From sequence record NC_042060.1: 64,000 nt of DNA; one strand, given 5' to 3'. The translations under genes were made by a program, and so were the position numbers. Below are positions 36,404 to 46,504 of the stretch, piece after piece. The notes beneath the pieces were generated by a model. That model saw only the letters and a list, made by a program, of their open reading frames with translations. It was not told the origin of the DNA and ran no database searches. The number at the start of each line of letters is the position of its first letter. Position 1 is the first letter of the stretch.

Positions 36404-38353
36404 ATGCCTTCTATTGTCCCGTCGCAAGTGCCGGGTCCTGTGGCACTAAACTCTAAAGTTAAATTTAACTTTAGTTCAGATATTCAGAAGGTGTATTATA
36501 CAGTGAGCCCGGAGTTACCTCCGGTGCTCTCTGAATACATTGCTTATGATGGTGACCCTGCAACAGGTGGTAGTCCATTTATTGCTGTTGTGCAAGATGG
36601 CACTAGTAATGTTCTTTATGATTGTAGTTTTCCAAAATTCTATAATTTAAACTATGATACTTACCAAATTCCGGCTAATACAACAAACCCTCAAGATCTA
36701 TGGGGATGGGTAAGATATTTTTATAATGCTATTGGGTTTATTAGGAATGGTAGTAAGTACGAATCAACTGGAAAGAAATTCTTAGTAATCACAGATAGTA
36801 ATCCTAGTGAACCTTATTCAGTCCTCAATACGTCAGGTAATGGTTTTAAAAAGATACTAGATACGGCTGCTCGTGTACAAGATTCTACCTATGATGTTTA
36901 TTACCCAGAAATGATGGGTGGCACAGTAGACCTTACTTTAACAGATCTTAATAAGTATTATGCATGTATTCTATTTTCTACTAAAGATCATAATACTGGC
37001 GCATTAACTCCTGAAAGAGTGAGTCAGGCGACTATCGATAATCTAGCTACTTGGCGTAAATCGGGTAATGGTATCTTTGTTATAACTGATTCTGCTTCAA
37101 GAGATTACACTAATATTGAAGATGCTAAAGAAAATAATGGTAGTTTTGCATTTACCGCTAATAGACTAGCCTTTAATTTTGGTTCTTATTTCTCTGGTGT
37201 TGTTGATAGGTCAGATGTTCAATATACTGTAAATCAGATGCTAAGCTGGTCACCAAAAGCTGCATCATCTGGTTTGTTTACAGGTATGAATAAATCTATT
37301 GGTAATGGTCAAGTAACTGACTTTGTTATCAAAGGTGATTCAAGTGAAAGTGAGATTAAGCTTGTTACTTTCCCAGCGTATAACAAAGAAGATATTCCTG
37401 AATTTACCTTCGATCATACTGGCGAGTACATTTACAATTTTCTGTGTACGACATCTGAAAATCCTAATAAACCGTATGCTATTTCATTTAGATTCCAAGT
37501 TGGTGTAGATGATGGTATCTTTGTTGCACGTGATAATGGCCAAGCTATTGATACTACTCAGATATTAACAGCTAAGCGTTATTTTGATCTTAATCTAGGT
37601 TACTCAAATGGCACTGACCATCAGGATTATCTAGGCGATATTCAAATAAATGGCTATTTAGTTGGATCATTCTTATTTAGTCAGGGCATTACTCAGTGGG
37701 ATCTGATAACTCATGGATCAACTCTTTTAATCCATGATAATGATCAGATACGTATTAACGTACGTGTACCTTATACTTACACAATGCAGCATCAAGTGGT
37801 ACTTAGTTCAAAACCTGCTTCTCTTTATAATGAAGCATCCCTTATAGGTACAATGGCATGGGATGATTATAAAGGGATAAGTAAAGCTAAAATTTATGAA
37901 TATATTAATCTTAGCATGACCAAGTATATGTATCGTGTAGCGAATGCATATAAGAATAACATTAATATAAAACCAATAGTATTGACTGCATTACGTCGTA
38001 CATTCCTTGGTGAGACATTGAATACAGCTAATGTATATGTTTATGATAATAACTCCACATGGGGTAAACTATCACAACGTGTCCAGAACGGACGACATGG
38101 TGATATTGTTATCTTTGCAGATACTTCTAAAGTTGTCCAGTATGATGAACTGGCTTCAACACCTGGCTGGTATGTAATGAAAGATCCAGGATTAGCTGAT
38201 GTAACAGTAGCTAAACTAGTTCCATTCTTTGGAAATAACCGAGCTATTAAAAATAGGTTAAAGACTGGTGACATTCTTGATGAGACCACTGGTCAACCAA
38301 TTTCTTTCCATGCTAATTGGAAAATAGAAAATGATAAACTTGTAAAAGTTTAA
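36404..38353 (+). CDS. Probable virion structural protein (gp201-like)
   Basis: 649 aa, beta-rich; role inferred from synteny. Confidence 0.8.
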   Translation: MPSIVPSQVPGPVALNSKVKFNFSSDIQKVYYTVSPELPPVLSEYIAYDGDPATGGSPFIAVVQDGTSNVLYDCSFPKFYNLNYDTYQIPANTTNPQDLWGWVRYFYNAIGFIRNGSKYESTGKKFLVITDSNPSEPYSVLNTSGNGFKKILDTAARVQDSTYDVYYPEMMGGTVDLTLTDLNKYYACILFSTKDHNTGALTPERVSQATIDNLATWRKSGNGIFVITDSASRDYTNIEDAKENNGSFAFTANRLAFNFGSYFSGVVDRSDVQYTVNQMLSWSPKAASSGLFTGMNKSIGNGQVTDFVIKGDSSESEIKLVTFPAYNKEDIPEFTFDHTGEYIYNFLCTTSENPNKPYAISFRFQVGVDDGIFVARDNGQAIDTTQILTAKRYFDLNLGYSNGTDHQDYLGDIQINGYLVGSFLFSQGITQWDLITHGSTLLIHDNDQIRINVRVPYTYTMQHQVVLSSKPASLYNEASLIGTMAWDDYKGISKAKIYEYINLSMTKYMYRVANAYKNNINIKPIVLTALRRTFLGETLNTANVYVYDNNSTWGKLSQRVQNGRHGDIVIFADTSKVVQYDELASTPGWYVMKDPGLADVTVAKLVPFFGNNRAIKNRLKTGDILDETTGQPISFHANWKIENDKLVKV

Positions 38354-38361
38354 CGGCATAA

Positions 38362-38382
38362 GCCCTCCCGCAATGGGAGGGC
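38362..38382. terminator. Bidirectional terminator between convergent genes
   Basis: 26 bp (38358..38383) identical to 171..196. Confidence 0.85.
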
Positions 38383-38393
38383 ATTATGTTGTT

Positions 38394-39053
38394 TTAACCA
38401 CGCGTTATATTAAATAACCGTCTTTTCTGATCAAGTAATAAAATAGCGCTTGTGGTAATTTTAATGTTAAACCTACGTTTAGCTAAACTCTGAGCTACTA
38501 GTTCAATAGCATCAACTAGATCGATTGATTCTATATCACCTGTATTTTTAGATTTACTAATTGGTTTACTAAGAATTTTCCATCCCTTAGTAAAATTACT
38601 AGCTGATGGCTTTTGACCTATCTTGCTACGAAAAAATAGTCCAACTAATTTACTAGCCAGTTCACGTGGATCATTAAAATCTGCTTCTGGTGAATGTAAG
38701 GTAATATTACTGTTTGCCAGGAATTCATGGTTCTCCGCACGATCCTCGATAGTTTTAGCACGTGGATCAAAATCCCAACAATTAACAGTTATATTTACGT
38801 CATTACCATTACGACGTAGATCAATACATCTAACGAAATCAGTCATGTCAAACTTACGTTCAACATCACGCATGTCATTAGCAATCTTCTCTAATTCATC
38901 GTTATCAGTAATACCAACTTGCTTAGTAATATCAAAAGTCAAATCGGCTAAAACGGATTGAGGAAAACTGGTTGCGATCAGCAAACGCAGTACGATTTCT
39001 GGACGACTTTTTCTATATTTGTCGCCTGACATCTTCTCAAAGGTGTTAGTCAT
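38394..39053 (-). CDS. Hypothetical protein
   Basis: 219 aa. Confidence 0.85.
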   Translation of the reverse strand: MTNTFEKMSGDKYRKSRPEIVLRLLIATSFPQSVLADLTFDITKQVGITDNDELEKIANDMRDVERKFDMTDFVRCIDLRRNGNDVNITVNCWDFDPRAKTIEDRAENHEFLANSNITLHSPEADFNDPRELASKLVGLFFRSKIGQKPSASNFTKGWKILSKPISKSKNTGDIESIDLVDAIELVAQSLAKRRFNIKITTSAILLLDQKRRLFNITRG

Positions 39054-39072
39054 GATGGCTATCCCAAAAAGG

Positions 39073-39504
39073 TTAGTTCACACCATTTAAACGCTCCCAG
39101 TCATCTAGAGTTGCACGAGCATCAAATAGTGCGTTGTGAAGCATTTTAGAACCTTTTCCACTTAGCTCATGATTTAATTCAAATATAGTTGGTAACTCAA
39201 CAACTTGTTTACCTTTACCCATATCCATAGCTTTACCAGTGTAAACCATATCGTTAACATGATTAGCTATAAAATGTAATCGAGCAAACTGACCAAGAAA
39301 CTTGGCTAGTCTATCATGGAATTCTTCTAAAGAGATTGGTTCTTTTTGAAGAATAGGAATAACGTTTTCTTTAACCCATTCATCTTCAATATTGTCATAT
39401 GGTAGAACTTCGTAGAATTCACAACGTCGATCTTCACTAACAATACCAAGTGAAATAAGAGTACCAGTAGGCGTATCAAATTCTGTATCAACAAAAAGTA
39501 ACAT
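39073..39504 (-). CDS. DEDDh 3'-5' exoribonuclease (Rv2179c-like)
   Basis: FVDTEF, LISLGIV, WVKENV.P.L, HNALFDARA. Confidence 0.88.
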   Translation of the reverse strand: MLLFVDTEFDTPTGTLISLGIVSEDRRCEFYEVLPYDNIEDEWVKENVIPILQKEPISLEEFHDRLAKFLGQFARLHFIANHVNDMVYTGKAMDMGKGKQVVELPTIFELNHELSGKGSKMLHNALFDARATLDDWERLNGVN

Positions 39505-39560
39505 AGTAGTTTTCCTTGTACGAAAGTCTTATCATAACAATAATGCACTTACGTCAAAAA

Positions 39561-39583
39561 GAGAGAACCATCATGGTTCTCTC
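39561..39583 (-). terminator. Intrinsic terminator
   Basis: GAGAGAACCA/TGGTTCTCTC plus TTTT. Confidence 0.8.
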
Positions 39584-39594
39584 CTATAAAAGTA

Positions 39595-40083
39595 TTAGAC
39601 TTTTAGTCCACGAATATTGAAGATTATTTGACAAGCTGCAATTATTCTATTTCTAGAAATCTTTACAGGAATTTTATAGTGATTGAGTACAGCTTTAGGA
39701 TTCTCAACACTCATCAATTCTTTAAGTAATTCGTCGCTAATTTTATTATGTGTTAGGACAAAGGTTGCGACATCGTGGTCCCAGCATCGTTTTATTGCAC
39801 TACAAGCACGAATATACTTCTCGGCTAATTCGGGGCTAAAATCTAATGCTTCTAGCCATTTCTTACGACCAGCAGTGTAAATCACTCGTGTACGAGTATT
39901 CGATGGGACAGCTACAATATAACCTGTACCTAGTGTCCTACGCTCTTCAATGGGTCTGATGTTCCAATCACCAATCATCCTAATTAATGTAGATAGATCA
40001 TCATTAGCACCATAGTAACCAATAGGTAAACCTAAACTCACTTGTGTATCTATCTGGTCTACAGTTTGATGTGTAATAACCAT
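39595..40083 (-). CDS. Hypothetical protein
   Basis: 162 aa. Confidence 0.85.
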   Translation of the reverse strand: MVITHQTVDQIDTQVSLGLPIGYYGANDDLSTLIRMIGDWNIRPIEERRTLGTGYIVAVPSNTRTRVIYTAGRKKWLEALDFSPELAEKYIRACSAIKRCWDHDVATFVLTHNKISDELLKELMSVENPKAVLNHYKIPVKISRNRIIAACQIIFNIRGLKV

Positions 40084-40190
40084 TGTAGTTCTCTTCCCAA
40101 TAGGGTTTTATAAACTTCCACAAGACTAAACTCCATTATAGCCCTATCAGATTGGGTAATAAAACTTAACAAAAAAATATTAAACATAAA

Positions 40191-40212
40191 ACCCTCTCCC
40201 GAAGGAGAGGGT
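40191..40212 (-). terminator. cUUCGg terminator
   Basis: ACCCTCTCC-UUCG-GGAGAGGGT plus TTT. Confidence 0.88.
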
Positions 40213-40223
40213 AATATATAACT

Positions 40224-40586
40224 TTATCCATACATTACGAAAGGTACTTCGTAAACAATTAGATAAGTATACATCAGTTTAAAACCAATGTGTAACCACT
40301 GATCTTGATTAAATGTAATTTTATTATCACATTTTAAATAATCAATAATGCAATGAGCAATTGCTTCAATAAGTCCTAAAACTAATGAACCAGTGATGAA
40401 ATAAACTGCACCGCCATGCATAAAACTATGCGCGGGTAATACCCATTTCCAGTATAGCGAACCTAGTTCAGTAGTATGATTTTTAGCCTTTGCAATGAAA
40501 TCATTTTGCAATGAAAAATCAAAGATGAAGTGTGCCACAATTAAACCAAAGAATAATGCCATTGAGCTGACACTGATTAATTCCAT
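40224..40586 (-). CDS. DUF3307-family membrane protein
   Basis: AHF..DF.LQ..AK, H...H, H..ID..K, DQ.LH. Confidence 0.85.
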   Translation of the reverse strand: MELISVSSMALFFGLIVAHFIFDFSLQNDFIAKAKNHTTELGSLYWKWVLPAHSFMHGGAVYFITGSLVLGLIEAIAHCIIDYLKCDNKITFNQDQWLHIGFKLMYTYLIVYEVPFVMYG

Positions 40587-40597
40587 TTTATTTCCGC

Positions 40598-40999
40598 CTA
40601 GAAAGGTATCTCATCTTCAACAATGTGTGAATAGTCGATATTATGTTTTTCACATAATTCTTTAAATTTATCTATTTTGGTTATAGCCTCTAATAGATCA
40701 GAATGTAATTTATTTTTATAATTCTTACCAAAATCAGCAGGGTCAAATACAGATTTATAGTAGGTATATATTTCAGAATATTCTTTCTTTAAAAGATCGA
40801 TAACTACTGGATCATTGCCATCACCAAGATAACTAATCAGATGACATAAATCATAGTTTTGACGGCGAGCTGCTTTTAAGATAAGTTCATTAATTTCAAT
40901 TAATTCAGACTTATTACATCGCCTTCTTTTTATATATCGAATGATTTTATTAAATATCATATTAAGTGATTCCCAACCATTGTAGATAACCACTATCAC
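40598..40999 (-). CDS. Hypothetical protein
   Basis: 133 aa; start likely internal. Confidence 0.75.
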   Translation of the reverse strand: MIVVIYNGWESLNMIFNKIIRYIKRRRCNKSELIEINELILKAARRQNYDLCHLISYLGDGNDPVVIDLLKKEYSEIYTYYKSVFDPADFGKNYKNKLHSDLLEAITKIDKFKELCEKHNIDYSHIVEDEIPF

Positions 41000-41336
41000 T
41001 TAATCCACGATAATAATCATCTTTATTTTTACGTAAATAACAATAAACTATTTTACCCATTAATTGATAGTTAGCTTCATTATCAAAGGTAAATTCTTTT
41101 TCTAATCTATTATTACTATCCACTAATGAGATTACTACATTACCGTAACGTACTGTTAATTTAACTGTACGAGTAGAGTCGGTATCATGAAAGATATAAG
41201 TCAACCCATAATTCAACTCATTATTTAATACTTGAATACTAGTAGATCTATTAGATTTAATCTGAAGTGGATGCTCAACAATCGCCTTGAATGCTTTATT
41301 GCATAAGAGAATATTTTGTATTTTTAATGAATCCAT
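40962..41336 (-). CDS. Hypothetical protein
   Basis: 124 aa. Confidence 0.8.
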   Translation of the reverse strand: MDSLKIQNILLCNKAFKAIVEHPLQIKSNRSTSIQVLNNELNYGLTYIFHDTDSTRTVKLTVRYGNVVISLVDSNNRLEKEFTFDNEANYQLMGKIVYCYLRKNKDDYYRGLSDSGYLQWLGIT

Positions 41337-41412
41337 GACATTACCTGACTTTGTATTTATAATTTACCTATATCAAATTAGAAGTAGGCAATAATGAGCT
41401 GACCCAGTAGTC

Positions 41413-41456
41413 TTCAATCTCAGCCTAATTGGATCAGTGTTTAGACTGAGATTGAA
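41413..41456 (-). promoter_or_regulatory. 16-bp intergenic RNA stem-loop without a U tail
   Basis: TTCAATCTCAGTCTAA/TTAGGCTGAGATTGAA, one G-U pair on the minus strand. Confidence 0.6.
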
Positions 41457-41491
41457 TATTAAGCTGTAGTGGTACTTTAATCAATGATGTA

Positions 41492-41848
41492 TTATGGATT
41501 TCCGGCAAGCCAGCTTACTGCACATATTGCTGCCTCATCAAATTGATTCAATGAGAATTTGGTTATCCGAACAGCCTGTGCCATATTAAGAACTTTAAAT
41601 TCACTATCACCAGACTCAATATGAGATATCATGCCAAGATGATCATTGCTGGTATCATAAACTGCAATGCGGATATCCTTGCCTCTCTCAACCACATATG
41701 CAATAGATCGTTTTGTTACAGGGTTATCGATGACATTAACTGTTTCACGCAATGTAGCGTCAATCCGGGATGCATTAATATGAATGCTAATTGCATTCAG
41801 CAAATGATGCTCAATCTGTCGCCCTGTTTCAAGAGTTAGAGAACCCAT
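41492..41848 (-). CDS. Hypothetical protein
   Basis: 118 aa, AAGGAG RBS. Confidence 0.85.
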   Translation of the reverse strand: MGSLTLETGRQIEHHLLNAISIHINASRIDATLRETVNVIDNPVTKRSIAYVVERGKDIRIAVYDTSNDHLGMISHIESGDSEFKVLNMAQAVRITKFSLNQFDEAAICAVSWLAGNP

Positions 41849-41860
41849 TATAATCTCCTT

Positions 41861-42223
41861 TTAGAATCCAAGATAATCAAAGAATCCATGGTAATCGAAT
41901 GTGCGTGTTGGGATACTTGTATCCGAAAAGAACGTATTTATTTGTTTGGCTAATTCAGTGTAGTAATGTGAATTATATTTGTTGATCTTAGTAACCATCT
42001 TCTCATCAAAGAGATAGGTTACACGCATATTCAGTGGTTTAACTACATTGATCTCAATAACTACCTTACGAACCATATCCTCAGATAAGAGTATACACTT
42101 AGCGTCACATGGTGAAACCTCTATTTTAATACCTACACAAGGCTTGAGGTTATCGTGATATTTCGTGAGTTCCTCTAATACAGCATCCATAGTTTGGATG
42201 AGCTTTATATTGGTGATGTTCAT
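41861..42223 (-). CDS. Hypothetical protein
   Basis: 120 aa. Confidence 0.85.
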   Translation of the reverse strand: MNITNIKLIQTMDAVLEELTKYHDNLKPCVGIKIEVSPCDAKCILLSEDMVRKVVIEINVVKPLNMRVTYLFDEKMVTKINKYNSHYYTELAKQINTFFSDTSIPTRTFDYHGFFDYLGF

Positions 42224-42960
42224 TACAGCCCCTCGTAAATATCCTTTCGTTTTGGATTGATGCCTGCAACCTTACCTTTATCATTATTGATGTAACAAAG
42301 GAATTCATCGCAAGTGGTGGTCTTTACAAATGGGATAATTTGAATGAGTTCTAGTAAAGTATATTCTTTACCAAAGTATTTACACATTTGTGTAAGTTGA
42401 CTACACACTACATTATAAAAGCCCCTAGTATTTTGTAGTGTAAGATACTCACCATCAATCACTCTATCATTATTTACCATGTATACATCACGAATAGGAT
42501 AAGTGTCTTTTAAGGGACCATTGCCAAATTTGACACCATGTACCCCATTAGGTCCATTTAGTAAATAGTATCCAGTTGGTACTGACCAATAAGTAGTTCC
42601 TTTAAATCCCAATAGATACCCATATGGTTCATGATAATCAGATGTATAGCACTGATCATTCTCACAAATAACCTCTTGATACATCGAGTATTCAACAGGT
42701 AGTTGTTTAGTTGGATCACTAGGGTGAACCACCAATATTATTGAATTTTCTGGATAACTGGTCCAACCGCAACTACCCAGTTTGGACTGCTTATTGAAAT
42801 TACATGGAGCAATTCGCGGAGTATGATTAGAGTAGAATAATGGTACTCCATAAAAAGCAAGTGGTTCGTAATTAACACTAGCTTTAGTATACATGCCAAT
42901 ACTAATCAGAAATACTGCACAGAATATACGCATCGATAATTTAAACATCAGTGCATCCAC
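42223..42960 (-). CDS. Exported Cys-rich protein
   Basis: Signal or TM segment, then repeated Cx4-6C motifs. Confidence 0.85.
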   Translation of the reverse strand: MDALMFKLSMRIFCAVFLISIGMYTKASVNYEPLAFYGVPLFYSNHTPRIAPCNFNKQSKLGSCGWTSYPENSIILVVHPSDPTKQLPVEYSMYQEVICENDQCYTSDYHEPYGYLLGFKGTTYWSVPTGYYLLNGPNGVHGVKFGNGPLKDTYPIRDVYMVNNDRVIDGEYLTLQNTRGFYNVVCSQLTQMCKYFGKEYTLLELIQIIPFVKTTTCDEFLCYINNDKGKVAGINPKRKDIYEGL

Positions 42961-43732
42961 CCTCGGTTTCCTTAATTGCTAATTTTACTAATACACTTAC
43001 CCATGCGCCTTCATCGAGTAGCCAACCAGCTGCACCCGTGCCATGCTCGGCAAATCCAAGACTATCTAAATAATGTAGCATGAATGTAGTTGGACCAAAC
43101 CCATATTTCTTATTACATTCATTACGTTTAGAAGTATTCCGACCTTGGCGATATATATCCAATACATCATCAATATAACGCAACTCCGCTTCTGGATAAC
43201 CACAGCCACACAGGTTAAATAATTTGCGTGTAATGGTATTGTATGTATCACTATATTCTTTTTCATTATAATCAATGAAAGAGCCTACCCGTTTGAATAG
43301 TTGCTTATCGGATGCTAAATCATCAAAATGACCAGGGTAATCTTGAGATGGAAGTGCACCTAGCGCCATTAGTATAATAACGCGCGGGTCTTTACGTTCA
43401 ACTGATTCAATGAGTACTTCAAAGTTAAGTTCTCGTTGCACCACATTGTTATTGCTGTTGATATTATTCAGCAGAATGTCCATAGCTTCTTGACCATGCC
43501 AACTACGGATGTTAGGTTGGTTATTAGTATAACCAGTAATGGTCAATTGGTTAGCTGTATTTGATTCACCAACAGTAACATGTAGGTAATAAGGACATTG
43601 TTCTAATTTATCAGCAATACCAGTTGAAGATTTGTTACCCTCAAGTAGTCCAACATCGCCATGACCGATATACAAACAGATACCTTCTGTAGAAGGTTGA
43701 GTAGTATAGTTAAAGTTCAAGGATTTAAACAT
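42941..43732 (-). CDS. Hypothetical protein
   Basis: CGCG.P and EHG..GW motifs. Confidence 0.85.
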   Translation of the reverse strand: MFKSLNFNYTTQPSTEGICLYIGHGDVGLLEGNKSSTGIADKLEQCPYYLHVTVGESNTANQLTITGYTNNQPNIRSWHGQEAMDILLNNINSNNNVVQRELNFEVLIESVERKDPRVIILMALGALPSQDYPGHFDDLASDKQLFKRVGSFIDYNEKEYSDTYNTITRKLFNLCGCGYPEAELRYIDDVLDIYRQGRNTSKRNECNKKYGFGPTTFMLHYLDSLGFAEHGTGAAGWLLDEGAWVSVLVKLAIKETEGGCTDV

Positions 43733-43759
43733 ACTCTTTCCTCTATTATAAATGATTAG

Positions 43760-44200
43760 TTATTTACCGTTTATATAAAGATTAAATGGACATTGACACA
43801 TGAATTCCGCATTTAGAATACTTTCAATATTGTAACTAATTGATTTATCAGTGATGATGTTGATATCTAAATACCACGTTTTAGTATTTTGAGTAACTAG
43901 TCTGTATTCAATGTCAATACTAAAGCCAGGTGCATCGACTGGGTCATTATCACCTTCATGCTGATAAATAAAGTATGAAGATAAAGTATACCTGGCTTTA
44001 ATATATTCATCTGGTTTTATAACTTTTAAAGGGGCATTGATATGTGAAATAAAACCATGATAATTAAATTCTTTATCCCTAATATCGATAACTTTAGGAG
44101 TAACCGATACATAGGCTGGCCATTGTGGTAGATCTAGTTCACCATGTTTAGATTGGTCTTTATCGATAATGTGAAAAGCTCTAACAATTCTATTGAACAC
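43760..44200 (-). CDS. Hypothetical protein
   Basis: 146 aa, GTG start, AAGGT RBS. Confidence 0.8.
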   Translation of the reverse strand: MFNRIVRAFHIIDKDQSKHGELDLPQWPAYVSVTPKVIDIRDKEFNYHGFISHINAPLKVIKPDEYIKARYTLSSYFIYQHEGDNDPVDAPGFSIDIEYRLVTQNTKTWYLDINIITDKSISYNIESILNAEFMCQCPFNLYINGK

Positions 44201-44233
44201 TTGATATACCTTTTAACAAAAAAATTATAAAGA

Positions 44234-44256
44234 AGAGTCCCCGTAATGGGGACTCT
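44234..44256 (-). terminator. Intrinsic terminator
   Basis: AGAGTCCCC/GGGGACTCT plus TCTTT. Confidence 0.8.
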
Positions 44257-44269
44257 ATTATATCGTATT

Positions 44270-44521
44270 TTATTTTTTATCGCGATTAGATGGTGCTAGT
44301 TTATAAAACTTCCGGAATTTATTAATAGACAATGTAAATGAATCTTCCCTACCATCCGGATAACCAAGATAAACATCTCGGCGAGAGAGTTTAATTAGCT
44401 TATGCGCTGTAGACACGCCATTTCGTTCGACTAGAAAAGTACGACCAATATAATCTTCTAGGTTATCTAGATTAGTTGCAGGGATGTATTTAGATTCTTT
44501 CAGAGTCAGGGTAGTGCTCAT
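44270..44521 (-). CDS. Small hypothetical protein
   Basis: 83 aa. Confidence 0.8.
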   Translation of the reverse strand: MSTTLTLKESKYIPATNLDNLEDYIGRTFLVERNGVSTAHKLIKLSRRDVYLGYPDGREDSFTLSINKFRKFYKLAPSNRDKK

Positions 44522-44558
44522 TTAATTTCTTCACCAATTACGAAATAATAAATTAATT

Positions 44559-45617
44559 TTATTTCCAGAGTGTTTTACCAATTAGATCATTTTCTGCAAT
44601 GAATGCATCTAATTGATGTCCATAGTAAAGTAAACTATGAATTTGTTGATTTAGACGTTCTTTATTTGAACCTAAGAACATCTTGTGCTTTTCACTATCA
44701 GGTAGCTGATCGTAAACTCGTTGGCAGTACTTCTGTGCCACAACCTTACCAGATGCAAGGAAACGATCATCACCTTCGAATAACTGAGGGATAATATTTT
44801 CATCAAGATACTTACTGATTTCAGCATCTAGATCAAAATTAATAGTGTCATCGGTTGTTGCGACAGTATCTTCTTGCTGTTCATCATTCCATGGTATTTC
44901 AGAACTTACACTATCATCAAACTGATCACTAGTTGTAGTTTTAGCTAGTTGTTCATCAAATGATGATTGTTTATTTTTCTGTTTATCACGCAGGAAAATA
45001 ATTGATTCAACAATCTCATTAACAATGATGTCTAGATCGCGATTGGTATCTACAACAATTGAACTAGGTTGATTAATTAAGCGTCCATAACCTTCATCTA
45101 CTTTATTAAAGTAACTGGAACCCTTAGACTCATAATAGTCAAGACCTCGGTCGCGCATTTCAATTCGTTTTTTACGAACTTCTTCAGGAGCAGTTAAAAA
45201 GAAAGTAGCCGGTTCTGGAATAGAATGTAGTGTTCCTTGAAGAATATCCATAAATAGTTTTGATAGGTATGGATTAGTTTCTTCAAAAGGTACTACATTA
45301 AGAGCATAAGTAGATGCAATGAAACGTTCAGTGATAACGATTTTATCATCTTTTAAAGCAGGTCGAATAATGTTTTCTACATTAAGCATCCTACCTGCAC
45401 TATGCATCAATACATCGAATTCTGGCGGACGAACTTCATCTTTAAATTCTGGCCAAATTAACATTTGTCGAATCTTTTCCGATGTAGCTGTACCACCTGG
45501 TTCACGCATTGCTACTACATCGTAATTGCGCTTACGTAGTTCCTCAACAACCATCTTTGTAACAGTTGTTTTACCAACACCTTCAGTTCCTTCGATACAT
45601 ACAAATAAACCATTCAT
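44559..45617 (-). CDS. tmk: Thymidylate kinase with C-terminal extension
   Basis: IEGTEGVGKTT, REPGGT, ERF..ST.A. Confidence 0.93.
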   Translation of the reverse strand: MNGLFVCIEGTEGVGKTTVTKMVVEELRKRNYDVVAMREPGGTATSEKIRQMLIWPEFKDEVRPPEFDVLMHSAGRMLNVENIIRPALKDDKIVITERFIASTYALNVVPFEETNPYLSKLFMDILQGTLHSIPEPATFFLTAPEEVRKKRIEMRDRGLDYYESKGSSYFNKVDEGYGRLINQPSSIVVDTNRDLDIIVNEIVESIIFLRDKQKNKQSSFDEQLAKTTTSDQFDDSVSSEIPWNDEQQEDTVATTDDTINFDLDAEISKYLDENIIPQLFEGDDRFLASGKVVAQKYCQRVYDQLPDSEKHKMFLGSNKERLNQQIHSLLYYGHQLDAFIAENDLIGKTLWK

Positions 45618-45619
45618 TA

Positions 45620-45949
45620 CTAATCCCTCATCTTAAGTTTAATTACTGCTTCAACATTATCTTCTAAATCTTGTTGCGATAATTCTAATGAAGCTCTATA
45701 ACCTAAGCTATATAGAACATCAACTAATACATCAATGCTTAAAGCTGGTAAATTAAACATTTTAATATTCTCACTAAGTTCATCAGAGATGCCTAGTTTA
45801 GTGAAAACATCATCAATCAATACTTTTTGAGAAATGGCTTTTTGACGGGCAGTTTGTACAATTGCAATAACTAGATTATATTTGATATTGTCAGAATGTG
45901 ATTTTTTATTATCACCATGAACTTCTTTAAATAAATTCTGATCCGCCAT
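45620..45949 (-). CDS. XRE/HTH-like protein
   Basis: LSIDVLVDVLYSLG pattern typical of HTH_37-like proteins. Confidence 0.6.
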   Translation of the reverse strand: MADQNLFKEVHGDNKKSHSDNIKYNLVIAIVQTARQKAISQKVLIDDVFTKLGISDELSENIKMFNLPALSIDVLVDVLYSLGYRASLELSQQDLEDNVEAVIKLKMRD

Positions 45950-46018
45950 AATACTCAGTTCCTTAAATTATTAAAATGTACTATTTAGCCATTAAACTTT
46001 TTTAATATAAAAAATGAC

Positions 46019-46039
46019 CAGTGGGCAATGCACCCACTG
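46019..46039 (-). terminator. Hairpin terminator
   Basis: CAGTGGG/CCCACTG with T-rich tail. Confidence 0.65.
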
Positions 46040-46069
46040 ATCTTATTATATTGACATAGCTAGTATATA

Positions 46070-46474
46070 TTAGCTATTGACATCTTCAAAGAAGCTGGCT
46101 ACACTTTCAACAACATCATTCATAGCGCTGCTCTTATATTTGGTATCTACCACCGTAACAAGCTCGCCTTTACGATCGATAATACCAGAAACAGTTGCAC
46201 CACCTGCATTATAGGAATAACCCAGTTCAGCAATGTTTTCATTTTCTTTCATGTACGGTGCAGCTTTTTCAGCAAATACATAACTTACAGCTGCTGCCAG
46301 TTGCCCTGCACCTTCATGTACCTGAGCATACTGCTCGGCGGTCACGCCTGCCGGTTGTAGAACAACTTCTTCAAATAGGCCATCCGGGATTTCGAATACC
46401 CCGGCATCGGACATGCTTACTTTTTCATTTAGGTTGTGAGTTTCGATAAACTTCTTGGTGGTTTCGATGGACAT
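46070..46474 (-). CDS. Conserved acidic jumbo-phage protein
   Basis: 134 aa, GC-richer codons. Confidence 0.85.
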   Translation of the reverse strand: MSIETTKKFIETHNLNEKVSMSDAGVFEIPDGLFEEVVLQPAGVTAEQYAQVHEGAGQLAAAVSYVFAEKAAPYMKENENIAELGYSYNAGGATVSGIIDRKGELVTVVDTKYKSSAMNDVVESVASFFEDVNS

Positions 46475-46504
46475 TTTAGTACTCTCTCTATTTAGGGTGG
46501 TGGT

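Noticed and set aside
40211-40218. Exact TATATTAC match
   Set aside because: It overlaps the start of a terminator stem, so any transcript would stop at once; probably chance
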